DNA from: Cirrosporium novae-zelandiae
Lineage: Eukaryota
DNA: 64,000 nucleotides
Reading direction: 5' to 3'
Assembly (NCBI GenBank): GCA_026023565.1
Contig: JAPETS010000003.1
Span: 868,001 to 932,000 of the forward strand
Below the pieces are notes generated by a model, which worked only from the letters and a program-made list of their open reading frames with translations, was not told the origin of the DNA and did not search any database. Position 1 is the stretch's first letter; each line of letters begins with the position of its first letter. The position numbers were made by a program, and so were the translations under genes. Shown piece by piece: positions 29,271 to 42,086 of the stretch.

Positions 29271-30492
29271 ACATCAAAACAAAAATGATGAGGTGGAACA
29301 GACCACGGGTCAGGGGTGGCAGATTGGGGAGGTGGGGGGATCGGAGACAGCAAGGCTGGTGACAGAAGTAGGCATTTGGAGTCCTGGTGTTACTTGCTCA
29401 TCCTCGGAGAGAAGTTTGTTAAACAGTGCAAGAGGCGCGTCGACAGACATCAGTCTGTTGTATCATTCATCTTGTATACAGTATATGCATAATGAATATA
29501 TGTCGTTAGGTAATCCTTAGTCTGTTGAAATAGCAATTCACAATATTCACTTGGATAGGTGATGAGTCAGTTCCTTTTCATGTTTCCAACATTCGAGGGG
29601 ATGAAAGTCAATTGGAAACAGAAATGTGAAAATCCTAGTTTGAGATATGAGCTTAGCTTACCCTTGGCAATGGCGTACCTTGTATGCACGGTCAAGCGTT
29701 ATACTCGAGTAGTACGTGACTACGTAATTAGTTGTATGTTGCGTAAATCGGAGGTGGGTACAAGGTTCGGGTTGCGGATAGGTAATTGGAACAGCGGCTA
29801 TCGTCGCATGGATCGACCGACAGCTCCGACAATACCCTTGCCTTTCCGTTATCATGGTAACAAAACTCAGCAATAAAAACCAAAGCCTGCCAACAAGGAT
29901 TTACCCCGGCAAATCATTATATAATTGCATATACTTACCTACTTGGAAATAATATCCATAAATCTAGAAGGGTTTATGAACCACGTCCTGAAGAAATCGC
30001 GATACGAAAAGCTTATTAGAGAGTCAAGATAGGGTCGAAGGAAATATCAGAGATTAATATTTGCCTTAAAAGCTAGGCCTGAAGGTTCGGAAGCTTTGAG
30101 GGCTCTACGGCTACGGAGCGGATATCAAGTCTCATTCGAAGGTGGAGACATAGAAACCCATGGGCAGGATTCTATGAATATTATTGGTATTACAGACCTC
30201 AATATCCTTCTTATCATCTGTCTTAGCTTCTAAGTCTTTCATTTTTTCTCTTCTTCTTCTTCATGGACCTTTAGCTACTCTGCAAGCTTAGCTTCCATTG
30301 CTCATATATATATGTCCTACTTTCCGCCTTTTGTTTTCAATTGTACCTGTACATATATTCAACTTCTCAAGTAAATATTCTTTTTGAAAAGCTTCCTTCA
30401 ATTGTGAATTATTATTCCCTGTGTCCGATCTCGGGTTCCTGCATTATCGATTTTCCCTGCTTGGCGATTAGATAAGATTGATCTTATTCACT

Positions 30493-31978
30493 ATGGGAAG
30501 TCTCGGCGTTCAACAGGCATCCCGATTCAACAATCTAATTGAAGAGGAGGCTGACGAGGCCTTCGCTGTCAACGATGCATGGAGAGCAGATCCATATGAG
30601 AGCAAAGTCAATCTCGGTGTTGGAGTTTACAGAGATAATAATGCGCAGCCATACACTCTACCCGTTGTTAGTAAGGTACGAAAATCCTTGTTTGCTTATA
30701 TCTATCTCCTTCGATTTTCTGAGGCCTCACCATTTCACTGTGTTTCGAAGGACTTCAAGGGTCTTACAGCAATGCGATCTCTTCAGTTGGTAGAGCCAAT
30801 GCCAACCCATTGAGCGACATGAATTGCTGGAAAGCAAAAGTAACTTGGAGGCTGTGTATTCTCCTCAAGCGCTGAGATCACACGTCACTAACTTGATTCT
30901 TCACCAGGTCGAGAAAGCCTTAGCTTCTGACCCCACAAACAACCACGAGTACATTCCTATCCTCGGCCTTCAGCCGTTCCTCGAAAAATCGCGGGAACTT
31001 ATCTTCGGAAACGATGATCCTTCCCTCTTCTCACGCATTGCTTCTGTGCAAACTGTTTCTGGTACTGGTGCGAACCATATCGGTGCACGCTTTCTCGTGG
31101 AAAATCTTAATCCCCGCACTGTCTGGATATCTGATCCAACATGGATAAATCACCACTTGCTCTGGAAAACAGCGAGCCATGGTGCTATCAAGCAGAAACT
31201 ATACCCTTACTATGATTCTAAGATGCGCGCAATCAACTTTCGGGAAATGATGGATAAGCTAGAAGTGGAAGCAGAGGAAGGCGATGTTGTGCTCCTTCAC
31301 GCTTGCGCTCATAACCCCACAGGGCTTGACCCCTCCCGCGACCAGTGGAAAGCCATTGCACAATTATGCCTGCACAAAAACCTGTTTCCCTTTTTTGATG
31401 CCGCATATATCGGCTTCGCGTCTGGGTCTCCTGACGTCGATGCTTGGGCAATTCGGTATTTTGTTTCCCAAGGATTAGAGACATGTGTGGCCCAATCATT
31501 TTCCAAGAACTTTGGCCTTTATGGTGAACGTGTCGGGGCTTTCCATCTGGTCTTGTCATCCAGCGCAAACTTCCTAGTCTCAAAAGTTCTCTCTCAATTT
31601 TCCCGTCTCAACCGCAGTGAAATATCTACTGCCCCAGCCCATGGCGCCAAGATTGTCTTGCGCATTCTCTCAGATCCAGCCTTAACCGCCGAATGGCTTG
31701 AAAACCTTGGAACAATGTCCAGCCGTATCATCGAAATGCGTAACAAACTCTACGCGGAGCTCAAACGATTAGGGACACCAGGGACCTGGGAGCATATTGT
31801 TCAACAGAATGGGATGTTCTCCTACACAGGAGCAAACGAAGCACAAGTTGCCGAACTCAGGGATAAATATCACATTTATATGCTGAGATCAGGACGGGCA
31901 TGCATTTCGGGGCTGAATACTAGAAATGTAACATATGTCGCACAAGCTATCGACGCCGTTGTAAGAGGCGCGAAATGA
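30493..31978 (+). CDS. Aspartate aminotransferase-like class I PLP enzyme (divergent cytosolic-type paralog)
   Basis: KVNLGVGVYRD, QTVSGTGA, HACAHNPTG, SFSKNFGLYGERVG (PLP Lys) and QNGMFSYTG; intron 30676-30907. Confidence 0.92.
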
Positions 31979-32326
31979 ATATTATGAGCATATGTCAATA
32001 ATCGGCTTCGATAACTTACTAGAATAACTACATAGGTATTTAGGGGTCTCGCAGAGCCCCGGCTTGGATGTAGATATGAAGTCTAGACTGCCTTGGCATG
32101 ATTATATGAGGCCTAGGTGTCATATATACGTTTCGGAAATCCAATATCTAGTCATTAGAGAAATAGTTAACAATGATGTATTTGGGATAGTATTGTTATG
32201 GAGATGGGAGGAAATGATTGGCGAATGAATGAGGAAGGAGTTAATCAATTCCGTCTATTCCTACTTGATGACTATTTGCAACTACCTTGGTACCTAGTCT
32301 ATCCGCAAACTGATTTCTGCTTTTTA

Positions 32327-32397
32327 GACTTTGGGGAGGCCTTCAAATCGAAATTTTGTATTAAAAACATATTTTTTTTGAAGGCCTCCCCAAGGTC
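32327..32397. repeat. 21-bp inverted repeat (20/21 identical) around a 29-bp AT-rich spacer
   Basis: GACTTTGGGGAGGCCTTCAAA (32327-32347) and TTTGAAGGCCTCCCCAAGGTC (32377-32397). Confidence 0.9.
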
Positions 32398-32983
32398 ACT
32401 TTTCTAGACTTATTTCAGTAGTTCGCTTTCGTTTTAAAACGACTGCACCTTTAAACATGCGACCCTCCCTCGGCCTGAGGCAGGAAATCGACCGTCTCGG
32501 CTCGCACTGTAAAGAAAGCCAATCGACCGCTAAACACAGCATGGCAGCTAACGAACAATTCAACTAACTCCAATTATGAAAACGTCAAGGTTAGTGGAGC
32601 TTTTTGGAGTCAGAAATAGAAAACTAAGCCTCGGAAGGATTGTACTTAATATCTTCGTCATATTTGGAATCCTGTTTGCTCGCTCTTGTGGAGATGATGG
32701 TTTCTGGAACTCGGAGTTCCGGGTGCAAATTAACAATCCATCTCCATCGCCAACCATTCTCTTCTTCTTATGTCTCTTTCACCTCATGATGTTATAACTC
32801 ATAGTCCGAAATGGATGAACACAGAACTCCATCGGGGATAGGGTCGTTTGAATGTTCACTCTGTAAAAGGAGATTTCGTCAGAGTATGCAGCTTGTTCGG
32901 ACCCATCAGCTCAGCTCTCCTGTCAACTGACTTGTCGCCCAGAATCATCGTGGGTACGCCACTCAAAGCGATGTTTACACAAC

Positions 32984-34399
32984 ATGGCTTCTGCTCCACG
33001 GCAGAAATCTTGTTATCAATGTTCCAGGGCAAAAACAAGATGTGACCTGCAACGTCCCCGTTGCTCCAGGTGTGCCTCACGGAACAATATTTGTGAATAT
33101 ATAAATCAAGACGAGCCAACTGTGCAAGCGGATGCCCCCCTAGATAGCACCACTCTCTCTCAGCCATGTAGCGACCTTTCCATAAGACATCAAGCAGCTC
33201 GCACAGCCTACCAAGACCTTCAAGTCGACGATGCTGCAAAAATTTTGATGCAACCTATTTTGGATAGCCCAGGTCCCTTATTTATGGATTATCCACTGTC
33301 TCCACCAGGCATTCAATCGTCTCTGGGCTCAGGGCCAGACGGAACCCACACAGATGCTCTGAGAGAGCTAGATAACCAAGATCCTGCATTCCAGCTGACG
33401 ATCTGTGATCTGAGCTCTATTTCTGACCAACATCTCATGGCATCTTCGAAGCCTAAGATTTCACCTATAGAAAAGATAAGTTATGATATGCTTTTACGTA
33501 CTCTCAAAACATATCCCCACATGATCGCCCGGAGAGTATCAGTACCACCGATAATCCACCAGCTGCAAATATCGCAGGAAGAAATCCCTTTACCATTGGC
33601 CAATTGTTTCGCTTTAACGAGAATGTGGGATGGTCAACCCGAAATTGATGGAGCCGGAGGCCTTATAAAAATCACCATCCTTCAAGAAATGCACAGGCTT
33701 TTTGATGAGGTATGAAACCTCTATGTTCTTTATATATTCGCATTAGTAACAAGGAGAACAGTACCGGTCCTATAACGAAGTGGACCTTCTCGCCGCCCTC
33801 CAGGCTCTTTTGGTGTACACAATCATAGTGTTCTCGAATTCCAAATGCATAAGCCAAATGCCACTAGCTGATCGTATAAATATGATCAAGGATCTGCAGG
33901 AAGTCGCCTACCACTTGGCTAAAACCGGGCTCAAGCTGAAAGCCGAAAGGGACAATTTCCGCCCCAACTGGGAAGCCTGGTGTCTAATTGAGGCCAAACG
34001 GCGGACCATTCTAGCAACATGCATGTTTTATTGCGCTTATGCGGCCTCTAATGGCATCCCATCTTTCGAGTTCACCGATCTTAACTCCATCATCGCTACT
34101 TCGTCAAAGTTCCTATGGCAGGCAAGCTCAAAGGAGCAGTGGGAGCCAATTTACAATCGCTATTTAGCCCAATGGAAAGATGGGCCTTATCTCCTGAGTG
34201 AATTGATGGCAGTTCCATCCGGCGAAATTTTAGACAGTAGGTCGGAGATGTGGTTTGAAGAAGTGGATGAATTTGGAATGATGTTTATGTCTCTTGGTAA
34301 CAGCTATTTCTCACCTCATCATGCAGTTCGCTTATAATTCTAGTGACTATTACCTCTGCTGTACGATATCCGACTCAAATCAGGGATTTAAACGATTGA
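32984..34399 (+). CDS. Zn(II)2Cys6 transcription factor
   Basis: CYQCSRAKTRCDLQRPRCSRCASRNNICEY cluster, LLAALQALLVY and WEAWCLIEAKRRT; two introns. Confidence 0.88.
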
Positions 34400-35303
34400 T
34401 TATTTCACACTCTTCGAGTCGCTCTGTTTTCAGGTGGGCTCGGGAGTCCAGGAGCTAAGACGAAGCGGCTAGATTGAACGATATACAGAAAACCAAGGGC
34501 TTATCCCAGATCTTCCTGCATCGCTGTTGTTGGACCCGAAAGGCCCCGAATTCAGCCTACGTGACAGTTTTCTAAGGCCTAGTTATCTCCGAATTTTCTC
34601 TGCGTCGCCTTCTTCAAAGTGGAGGCAGAGTTATATCGCCCTTGTGTTGCTGGATCCTGGCCAACCTTCACCATTATAATTCAAGCCAGTACAGTGAGCT
34701 CGCAAATTTCTTCTACACAGCTAAACTAACACAAGACTCAGAAATTAGCTATCTAAATCATTGCTTAATATTTCTCATAAAATTATGGTGCAATGATGGC
34801 GAATATCGAGGTGGGGTATGGAGGTTTTCCGAACACCTAGGATTGAGACGTCGATATCGACTGTAGATGTGGATGATGCGACAATCCGTACATAGGTAAA
34901 TTGCAGAACGTTGGTACAAATAGCAATCTAGCTGGGCAGTTGTCAGCCACATGGTGTAGTGCATTGATAATATATTTAATAGCAGATGATGTTATCATGG
35001 CGAACTCTTTGATCTATGTATGAGATGTGATTGCTTTGTGCGTTTTAATGTGAACGCCAAATTAATTTCGGATGGGAACGAAGAGTTAAAGCCTACCTGT
35101 CTGCAAGGAGTAACTTGCGTAGGCTCATGGTTGACTGTTGCCTTGCACGCGGTACTCCGAATTCCCTCTGTGCTTTTATGCCGGATCCAGAAACGGAATT
35201 TAAATATAAGAAGTGGGAGGAGGTATGCTCATTCATTATTGAGGTTTGAGCATCTTTCAAATCAGACATCAAGATATTTTTTGCCCTTGTCTTATTCCTG
35301 ACA

Positions 35304-36772
35304 ATGACAACTTCGGAGCGGCCCCTTGATATTGTCGTCCTCGGGGCTTATGGCCGAACCGCCAGAGAATGTGCCGAATACATCGCCACCCAACTTCCCT
35401 CGAATTTGAAATGGGCAATTGCAGGAAGAAATGCGGGCAAGCTTCAAGCACTGGCGGAAAAACTAAAGGGAATGAATTCCGATCGTTTGCAACCTGGTAA
35501 CTCTTCCACTCCAGCTGAGTGCTAGGCTAATAAGAGCTAATTGCATTCCAGAGGTTGCGATTTTAGAGCTCAATCCAAAAGACCTTGGCGCTCTTGCGCG
35601 CAAATGCCGAGTCATTATCAATGGCGTTGCACCTTACTGTCTTCATTCATTACCCGTGGTCGAAGCATGCGCAACCAATGGGACGCATTATCTTGATTTG
35701 TAGTTCCCATTAACTCCAACCTAGACTTTTTTTCTGACATCTATGCAGTTCAGGAGAAGTACCTTGGACAAAAGAGTTGATTGAGAAATACCATGAAACG
35801 GCTAAAGCGAACAGGGCCATTGTAAATACCCCCAAGCTCGAGCCACGCTTGAAGATCATCAAAACTAACGCTTGGTCTAGATAATGCCATCGACTGCAAT
35901 GGAGAGTGCTTTCTCTGACATACTTGCATGGCTGGTTGCTACCACAATGCGAGGTTTGCACTCCTGTGACACCGGCGAGGTCGTTTGCCGTGAGACTGCA
36001 GTGTATGGACCGTCTATTAACTATCGCTATGCAATTGCTCATATGATTGATGTGTAGGATTCAAGAAGGACTATTGCCTTCTCTCCAAGGCGGCATTCCC
36101 ACTGCTATGAGCGTTATAGACAAGTACGGCATAGGTTGGCTTCTAAGCCCAAAGCCATGGGCTCTATCACCGGAGCCCAAGCCAACGAAACTCGATGGCA
36201 GTTCCTCCTCCCTAGGTTACAAGAACGTATCGGGGCTTGGCACGCTCAGTACATCCCCTATTGCCATCATAAACAGATCTGTGGTTAACCGTAGCTGGGG
36301 TTTAATGCCCGAGACGTATGGACCACATTTCCATTATCAGGAGTATCTTCCATCAAGGAATGCCTTCACAGCCATGCTCATCCACATTGCTACAAAGATC
36401 GGCTTCCTGTTATTGGGAGTTCCTCTAGTTCGTTGGTTGATAAGGTGTTCCGTAAAGCTACTTCCATATATTCTACCACCCGAAAATGCAGGCCATCATC
36501 AGAAAGACCATTTTGAGTTCCGCGCAATAGGAACCGCAGACGGAACTAAAAATAAAGCCCGGGTTGGAGCGCGATTTGCCTATGATGGATCGGGGTATTG
36601 GTTGTGCGCCTTTATCGCTGTCGAAGCGGCAGTCGTTCTTCTCAAGGAGGAGGAAACACAGATGAAGAAGAAGATGGGTGGCGGATTATTGACGCCTTCT
36701 ACGCTGGGGATGGTATATGTGGAACGGCTAAGGAAAGCAGGTGCAACAATTGAAGCCGAAGCCATGGTCTGA
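35304..36772 (+). CDS. Saccharopine dehydrogenase-like NADP oxidoreductase (SCCPDH type)
   Basis: DIVVLGAYGRTA, KWAIAGRNAGKL, VVEACATNGTHYLD, GEVPW and GGGLLTPSTLG; several introns. Confidence 0.85.
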
Positions 36773-37559
36773 TAGAATTATCTCGTGCTTGTGAAAGTTA
36801 TATGAGCAACTAACTACTAAAGATGGCCGGTTTAGATGGATGATGCGGAGGGACCATTCCCCGCCGGACGAAGCAAGAAATACCCCCCCCCGGCGATGGC
36901 TAATTTTAGGCTATTTGAGCCCCCTAGCTACGGGCCGTTAAACGGAGGGGAGGACCCCGAATAACTTATTTCATCTAGACTATATTAATACTGTATGCTA
37001 ATAATGGTTAGCAATGTGCATTATTATGTTTTTTCCCTAACCTTATGCTTATTTTTATTACCATTGCTTATATTTGCCCAGCTGTAATTTAAACCAAGCT
37101 CTGTTTTGTTAACATGAAACACCCTCAATGTTTCAATCAACGACACTCATAAAACAATATCCCATCCCTTGTGTCATGATAGCCCTGCTAAAAATCCGCT
37201 TTTCTCGAACAGCGAATTTTTTCATCTTCCCCTTTCCAATCTTATTCACACACACACCGACACAATAGATGAAATAAGGAAAAATAAAAATTTCAAGATC
37301 TCTCAAGGGATCACATTACCGATTATACGAGAAAAGGTGAACGGCCATATGCCTATTGTTTCAATCTGCTCGAAACATGTCGGAAGGTTCCATCCATCAA
37401 AAAGGATATTTTTATAGACATGATGGGGGGTATAGGTGACAGTAGATGATCATGTAAAAAGGGCCAGCCCCTTCCACCTGTTGCTGTTGTTCCGTGAATT
37501 ACAATTCTAGAAATCAGAATACTGCCTTCAAATCTTATTCTTGATTCCTGTCCTTGAAC

Positions 37560-38635
37560 ATGCTGGGTCCAAGTATCCTTACCGGACTGGTGCTCCTCAC
37601 TGCAGCATCCAGTGTAGCGGCTGACGGAACATCTGGAACCACAACCACAACGTGGGACTGGTAAGAAAATCCTTTTATCCTTCCTTTCCCATCCAGCAAA
37701 ATTTCCAACATATATTAACTATAATTCCAGTTGCAAACCCGCCTGCGGTTGGGACAGCAACCTGCCATCCGGCACCACAGGGGTTGTAAAATCGTGCAAG
37801 TATGTATTACCTACTCCACGCTAAAGCCATCCATCAAAAGCCCTAACTCCATCTTCCTCCTCCCTATAGCGCCGACAACGAAGAGCTCTCCGACACGAGT
37901 ACCACAAATGCCTGCGATGGCGGGACCGCATACTCGTGTTCTGATTTCCAGCCCATTGAAGTGAATTCGACATTCTCGTACGGGTTTGCGGGACATGGCA
38001 ACACGGCAACAGCGACGTGCTGCCAGTGCTATGAATTTACGTGGACGAGCGGGGCTGGCGAGGGAAAGAGCATGATTGTCCAGGCTGTCAATGCTGGAGG
38101 TATCACGGATACGGATTTTGATATCTATACGGTGAGTTCTCGAATTGTTGCTCCTTGGTGTGGTGGTGATGATGCCAAAGAGGTAATAGCATGATGCTAA
38201 TATATTTTTATTGCTGTATAGCCTGGCGGTGGCGTAGGAAGCGAAGAGGCATGCGACTCTCAATACGGAGCTGCAACCACAGGCTGGTACGTCTTTTCAC
38301 CTCTCCCCCCTTTCCTATTATTATCAAGCCACACAATCCCATTTTAATACACATGATTTCAGGGGCGAGCAATATGGCGGCGTGCAAAGCGATTCCGCAT
38401 GCGACGAACTTCCTTGCGAGCTAGAAGATGGCTGCCACTGGCGATGGGAATGGGCTGGAGGTAAGTCAACAACTTCATGATATTATATATTACCCCTCCC
38501 TCCCATGCTAGAAGCTTTAATCACTCACACATACACATTGCAGGAACCATCAACGAATGGACCATCACCTACAACCAAGTCAACTGCCCGACTGTGCTGA
38601 CGGATATTTCTGGGTGCTATCCACCTTCCATATAA
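37560..38635 (+). CDS. Secreted GH45 endoglucanase-like protein, no CBM
   Basis: Six exons give a signal peptide, TTWDCCKPAC, SYGFA, CCQCYEFTW, KSMIVQAVN, DFDIYTPGGGVG, WGEQYGG, GCHWRWEW and QVNCP..L..ISGC. Confidence 0.92.
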
Positions 38636-39801
38636 CTGAGAAGAAAACTGGGGGATATATGACATAATGGTTAAGGTTTCAAGCTCTCAAGCCTTTTTTG
38701 CTTGCTACCTTACTTATTATATAGCCGCCCCTCTCCCGAAAAAAGAGATCTTTCAAAGTTATTCCTCATCTCTCATTCGTTCATTCGTCCTGCAGGAGCC
38801 AAAAATCTGCTTCGTTTTTGTTCCTAATATCTTTTTCTCTTGTATTATATTGATAAATAAATTGAGATAGGTGGAGGGAGGAAATGGTAGATGGCAGGAA
38901 TATCAGATTGGGAATTGCTTTTGAAAGATTAACAAGAAAAAGTCTTGAAGTTTCACGTATTTAGTATCTCGTACTAATTCTGTAAGGCAAATATATATCC
39001 TCCATCAGATATCCAATGAATAGATAAGATAGGTTAAAGAACCCTAGAAATTGATTAATTAATTCCAAGGCAAAAAGAAAATCCTCAATTTAGCCCGCTG
39101 CTGTTATGAAACGGAAAATTGGCTCGTTGGGGGACAAATGGTAGCAATTAATCACCGGGTCGCATATCACCTCCCCTTCCAACTTTAGCTAACTCAATTC
39201 CTTTATTCCAGAGCACAGGCTATTGAGCCACGAGTTCGGGGAACAATTCAAGAAAGGTGAGCGTACCGTGCTGCAACTGCTCAGTATTAGACCTCGTAAT
39301 TACATTAGTAAAACGGTATTTGTTCATCTCTCATCCATGTCCTGTAGATTCTCTTTCACTCATACTAACACCACGTCTTTTTATCGGTCTCTCCTTTGTC
39401 GACAAATTCGTGATCCCCACTCGCATCTACAGTTCCGATATCTCTCTTCCGGACCACAAACAGATGGAAGAAGAAACTAAATGGACTAGAGGGTTTATTG
39501 GCTTTGGGGAAAGGATGCTTTCGACGTTATTATTAACTAGGATAGAAGGCGAAACGTGGTATATGACTGGGATAAAGGAGTCGGCTTGGGTTAAAAATCC
39601 ATGTCAATACCTTTCCAGTGCCTTCTCAATAAGCGCAATCCAGCATTGCTAGTAGGGAAATAAAAGAAGATGTGATAAGGTTTTCGGGGATTTGATTGAA
39701 GTATATGGATAATAAAAGTAACTCCCGTTTGAAATAGGAAATGTGTAATATATCCTGTTTTTTTTTGAATCAGATAATATTCGTACGCAACGTCCGATAG
39801 C

Positions 39802-41401
39802 CTAGTAGGTGTAACGGAATGATTTCTTTTCTTTATCTGTCAGATCAGAAAAGGCCCCCTCCGCTGCTTCAGACTCCAACCTCACCCCTTGCTCACGGTC
39901 TCTCTTCTTGTTCTCAAAGTGGCATAGAAGTCCGTAACCGGATATACTACAGATCGCGACGATAACGCAGGCCAGAAGACCAGCATATCCATGTGAGTAG
40001 CTTGGGGCGTCCGACGAACGGAAGACTTGGGGTCCGAGAATATTGCCAATGCAGTATGCGAGGAAGAAAATTGCGTTCATAGTGACTTTCTTGGAATGTC
40101 CAGACGTGTTGGCCATTGGTAGGGAGGTTGATAGGACGTACGGTGCCCAGTAGGTGTAGAAGACATAATAAGCAGCTAGGAGACCGTGCTTGTTGGTGCT
40201 GGGTAATTTCCACATCAGGACAGCACAGGTGATGGGTACAAGGTTGGCAATGGCAATGATGATACAGCGAGAGTTTGGTATGCGAGCGGTAATGAAGGAA
40301 AGTATTAACTGCCAAGCGGTAGCTAAAACACCGGTTGGTATACCGAGGAGTGTGGTAACCAGGGAGGAGTACCCGAGGCCAGAGACGATAATGGCTGCAA
40401 AGGTAACGAGACCGCCGTTTGGGATATTCTGAGCGCATGAAAAGAGGGCGAGGAGCCAAGTTTTCGGGTCTAATAAACACTCTCGTACTTGGTACCATTT
40501 GAGGGTTTTGTCCTCAACGCCAGTGTTGTTATCTTTCACACGATCTAAACAGATATATTTTTCTCGATCGGACATATATCGGCAATTTACCGGAGAGTCT
40601 GGAAGGAAGAAATAGAGAACACAGGCCCAGAGCACAGAAAACGCTCCTAGGACGAGGAAGAGGAGTCGCCATGGGTGAAGAGCCGTATGAGTGTGTCCAA
40701 TGCCATAACTAATGATCCCAGAGAAAACAGAGGAGAACTATGCAGATTAGATAAATTTCTAGAACCTAACGCAGACTGCTTACTTGGTTGAACCAAAAAG
40801 CAACACGTATTGGTTGTTCTTTGGTGCTCCACCACATAACCGTTATGATAGCAGTAGCTGGGAACACGACGGCCTCTAACATCCCCATGACAAAACGTAC
40901 GCTTGCAAGACCGGCGAAATTATGCGTTGCAGCAGTGCACATCATCAAAATGGCCCAACCTAATACGGTACCTGCATAGAATTTGGCCACAGGCAGTCGC
41001 TGAATGAGTAGACCCGCAGGCCATTCAAATAAGAGATATCCAAAGTAAAAGATGGATCCAACCCAAGAGAATTGATTGCCAACGAGATGGGCATCAGTCT
41101 TCATACCATAAATGGCTGCATTTGAAATAATGACTTTATCAACGGCCGCAAGGACAACAGTAGCTGTCACGAGTGGCAGGATTGTTAGGTCAATTTTCCA
41201 GAGCACTCTCCGTGCCTCTTCTGCGGAGATGGGCTCTTCCAATATGGCTGGATCGACGGTTGCAAGGAAAGTAGCTGCGACATCAACATCGCGTTTTCTC
41301 TCAGCATTTTCAGCTAGAGTGACTGTCTCCCCAAGTGTGATAGAATTCCGCACAGCTTTAGGTAGGGAATGTGGAGAGGTTTCGCGCTTCTCCGATCCCA
41401 T
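39802..41401 (-). CDS. MFS transporter, Dal5/allantoate permease (anion:cation symporter) family
   Basis: VLWKIDLTILP, FSWVGSIFYFGYL, LPDSP, IPNGG, NTSGHSKK, GNILGPQVF and DLTDKE..FRY; one intron 40738-40783. Confidence 0.92.
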
Positions 41402-42086
41402 CGTGGCGATTGGTGTTGTAGGGAGAAAGGAAGAAGGAACCGATATCTCAGAGCATAGAAATTGGGCGGTAGTATCCTCTCAAAGAGACATAGGAAACAT
41501 GATTGAAAATAAATATGGTCAATGGACGCTGATATAAGGAAGCCATATCATGTATACTCAGAAATAGCTTCTTATCAAAGTTTAAGGACTAGGTTAATAA
41601 GTACAAAAAATTAGAAAAAGATAATGGAAGAATCTCAAATAGTTATCAAATATTGAAATAGCAGCTTTGAGTTGATGATAAAAGTCAAAGGTAAGGCATA
41701 GGAAGAAGCTCGAAACGAGGATGCGTGGGGGGAGGAATGATGATGACTAAGGCAGCTAACTCAAACTAGTTTAGTCTAATCGGTTAATTGGTTGAGATAG
41801 CAGTTTACCGATAACATTGACCCGAAGATCGGCCCATCTTCCCTAGCAGCCCAGTAGCCCCACGAACGGTTGGAGACCGATCTCCTTCAAACAATACACA
41901 GTACTTTCTACCTGTTCCATTAACTATCCAAGTACCCATTTTTGCCCTATCTAATTTTCAACATGTTTCTGCTCCAGTCTCCTTCCACTCTCTCCCCTTC
42001 TCCATCTTCTTCTTTTCAAATCCAGAACTTTGACCAATTTTTTATATTTGACGACGTATAATAATCTTCGTAAAACGACCTTCATC

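Noticed and set aside
34400..35000. Possible decayed gene on the minus strand after the TF
   Set aside because: Coding-like composition but several stops and no recognisable motif.
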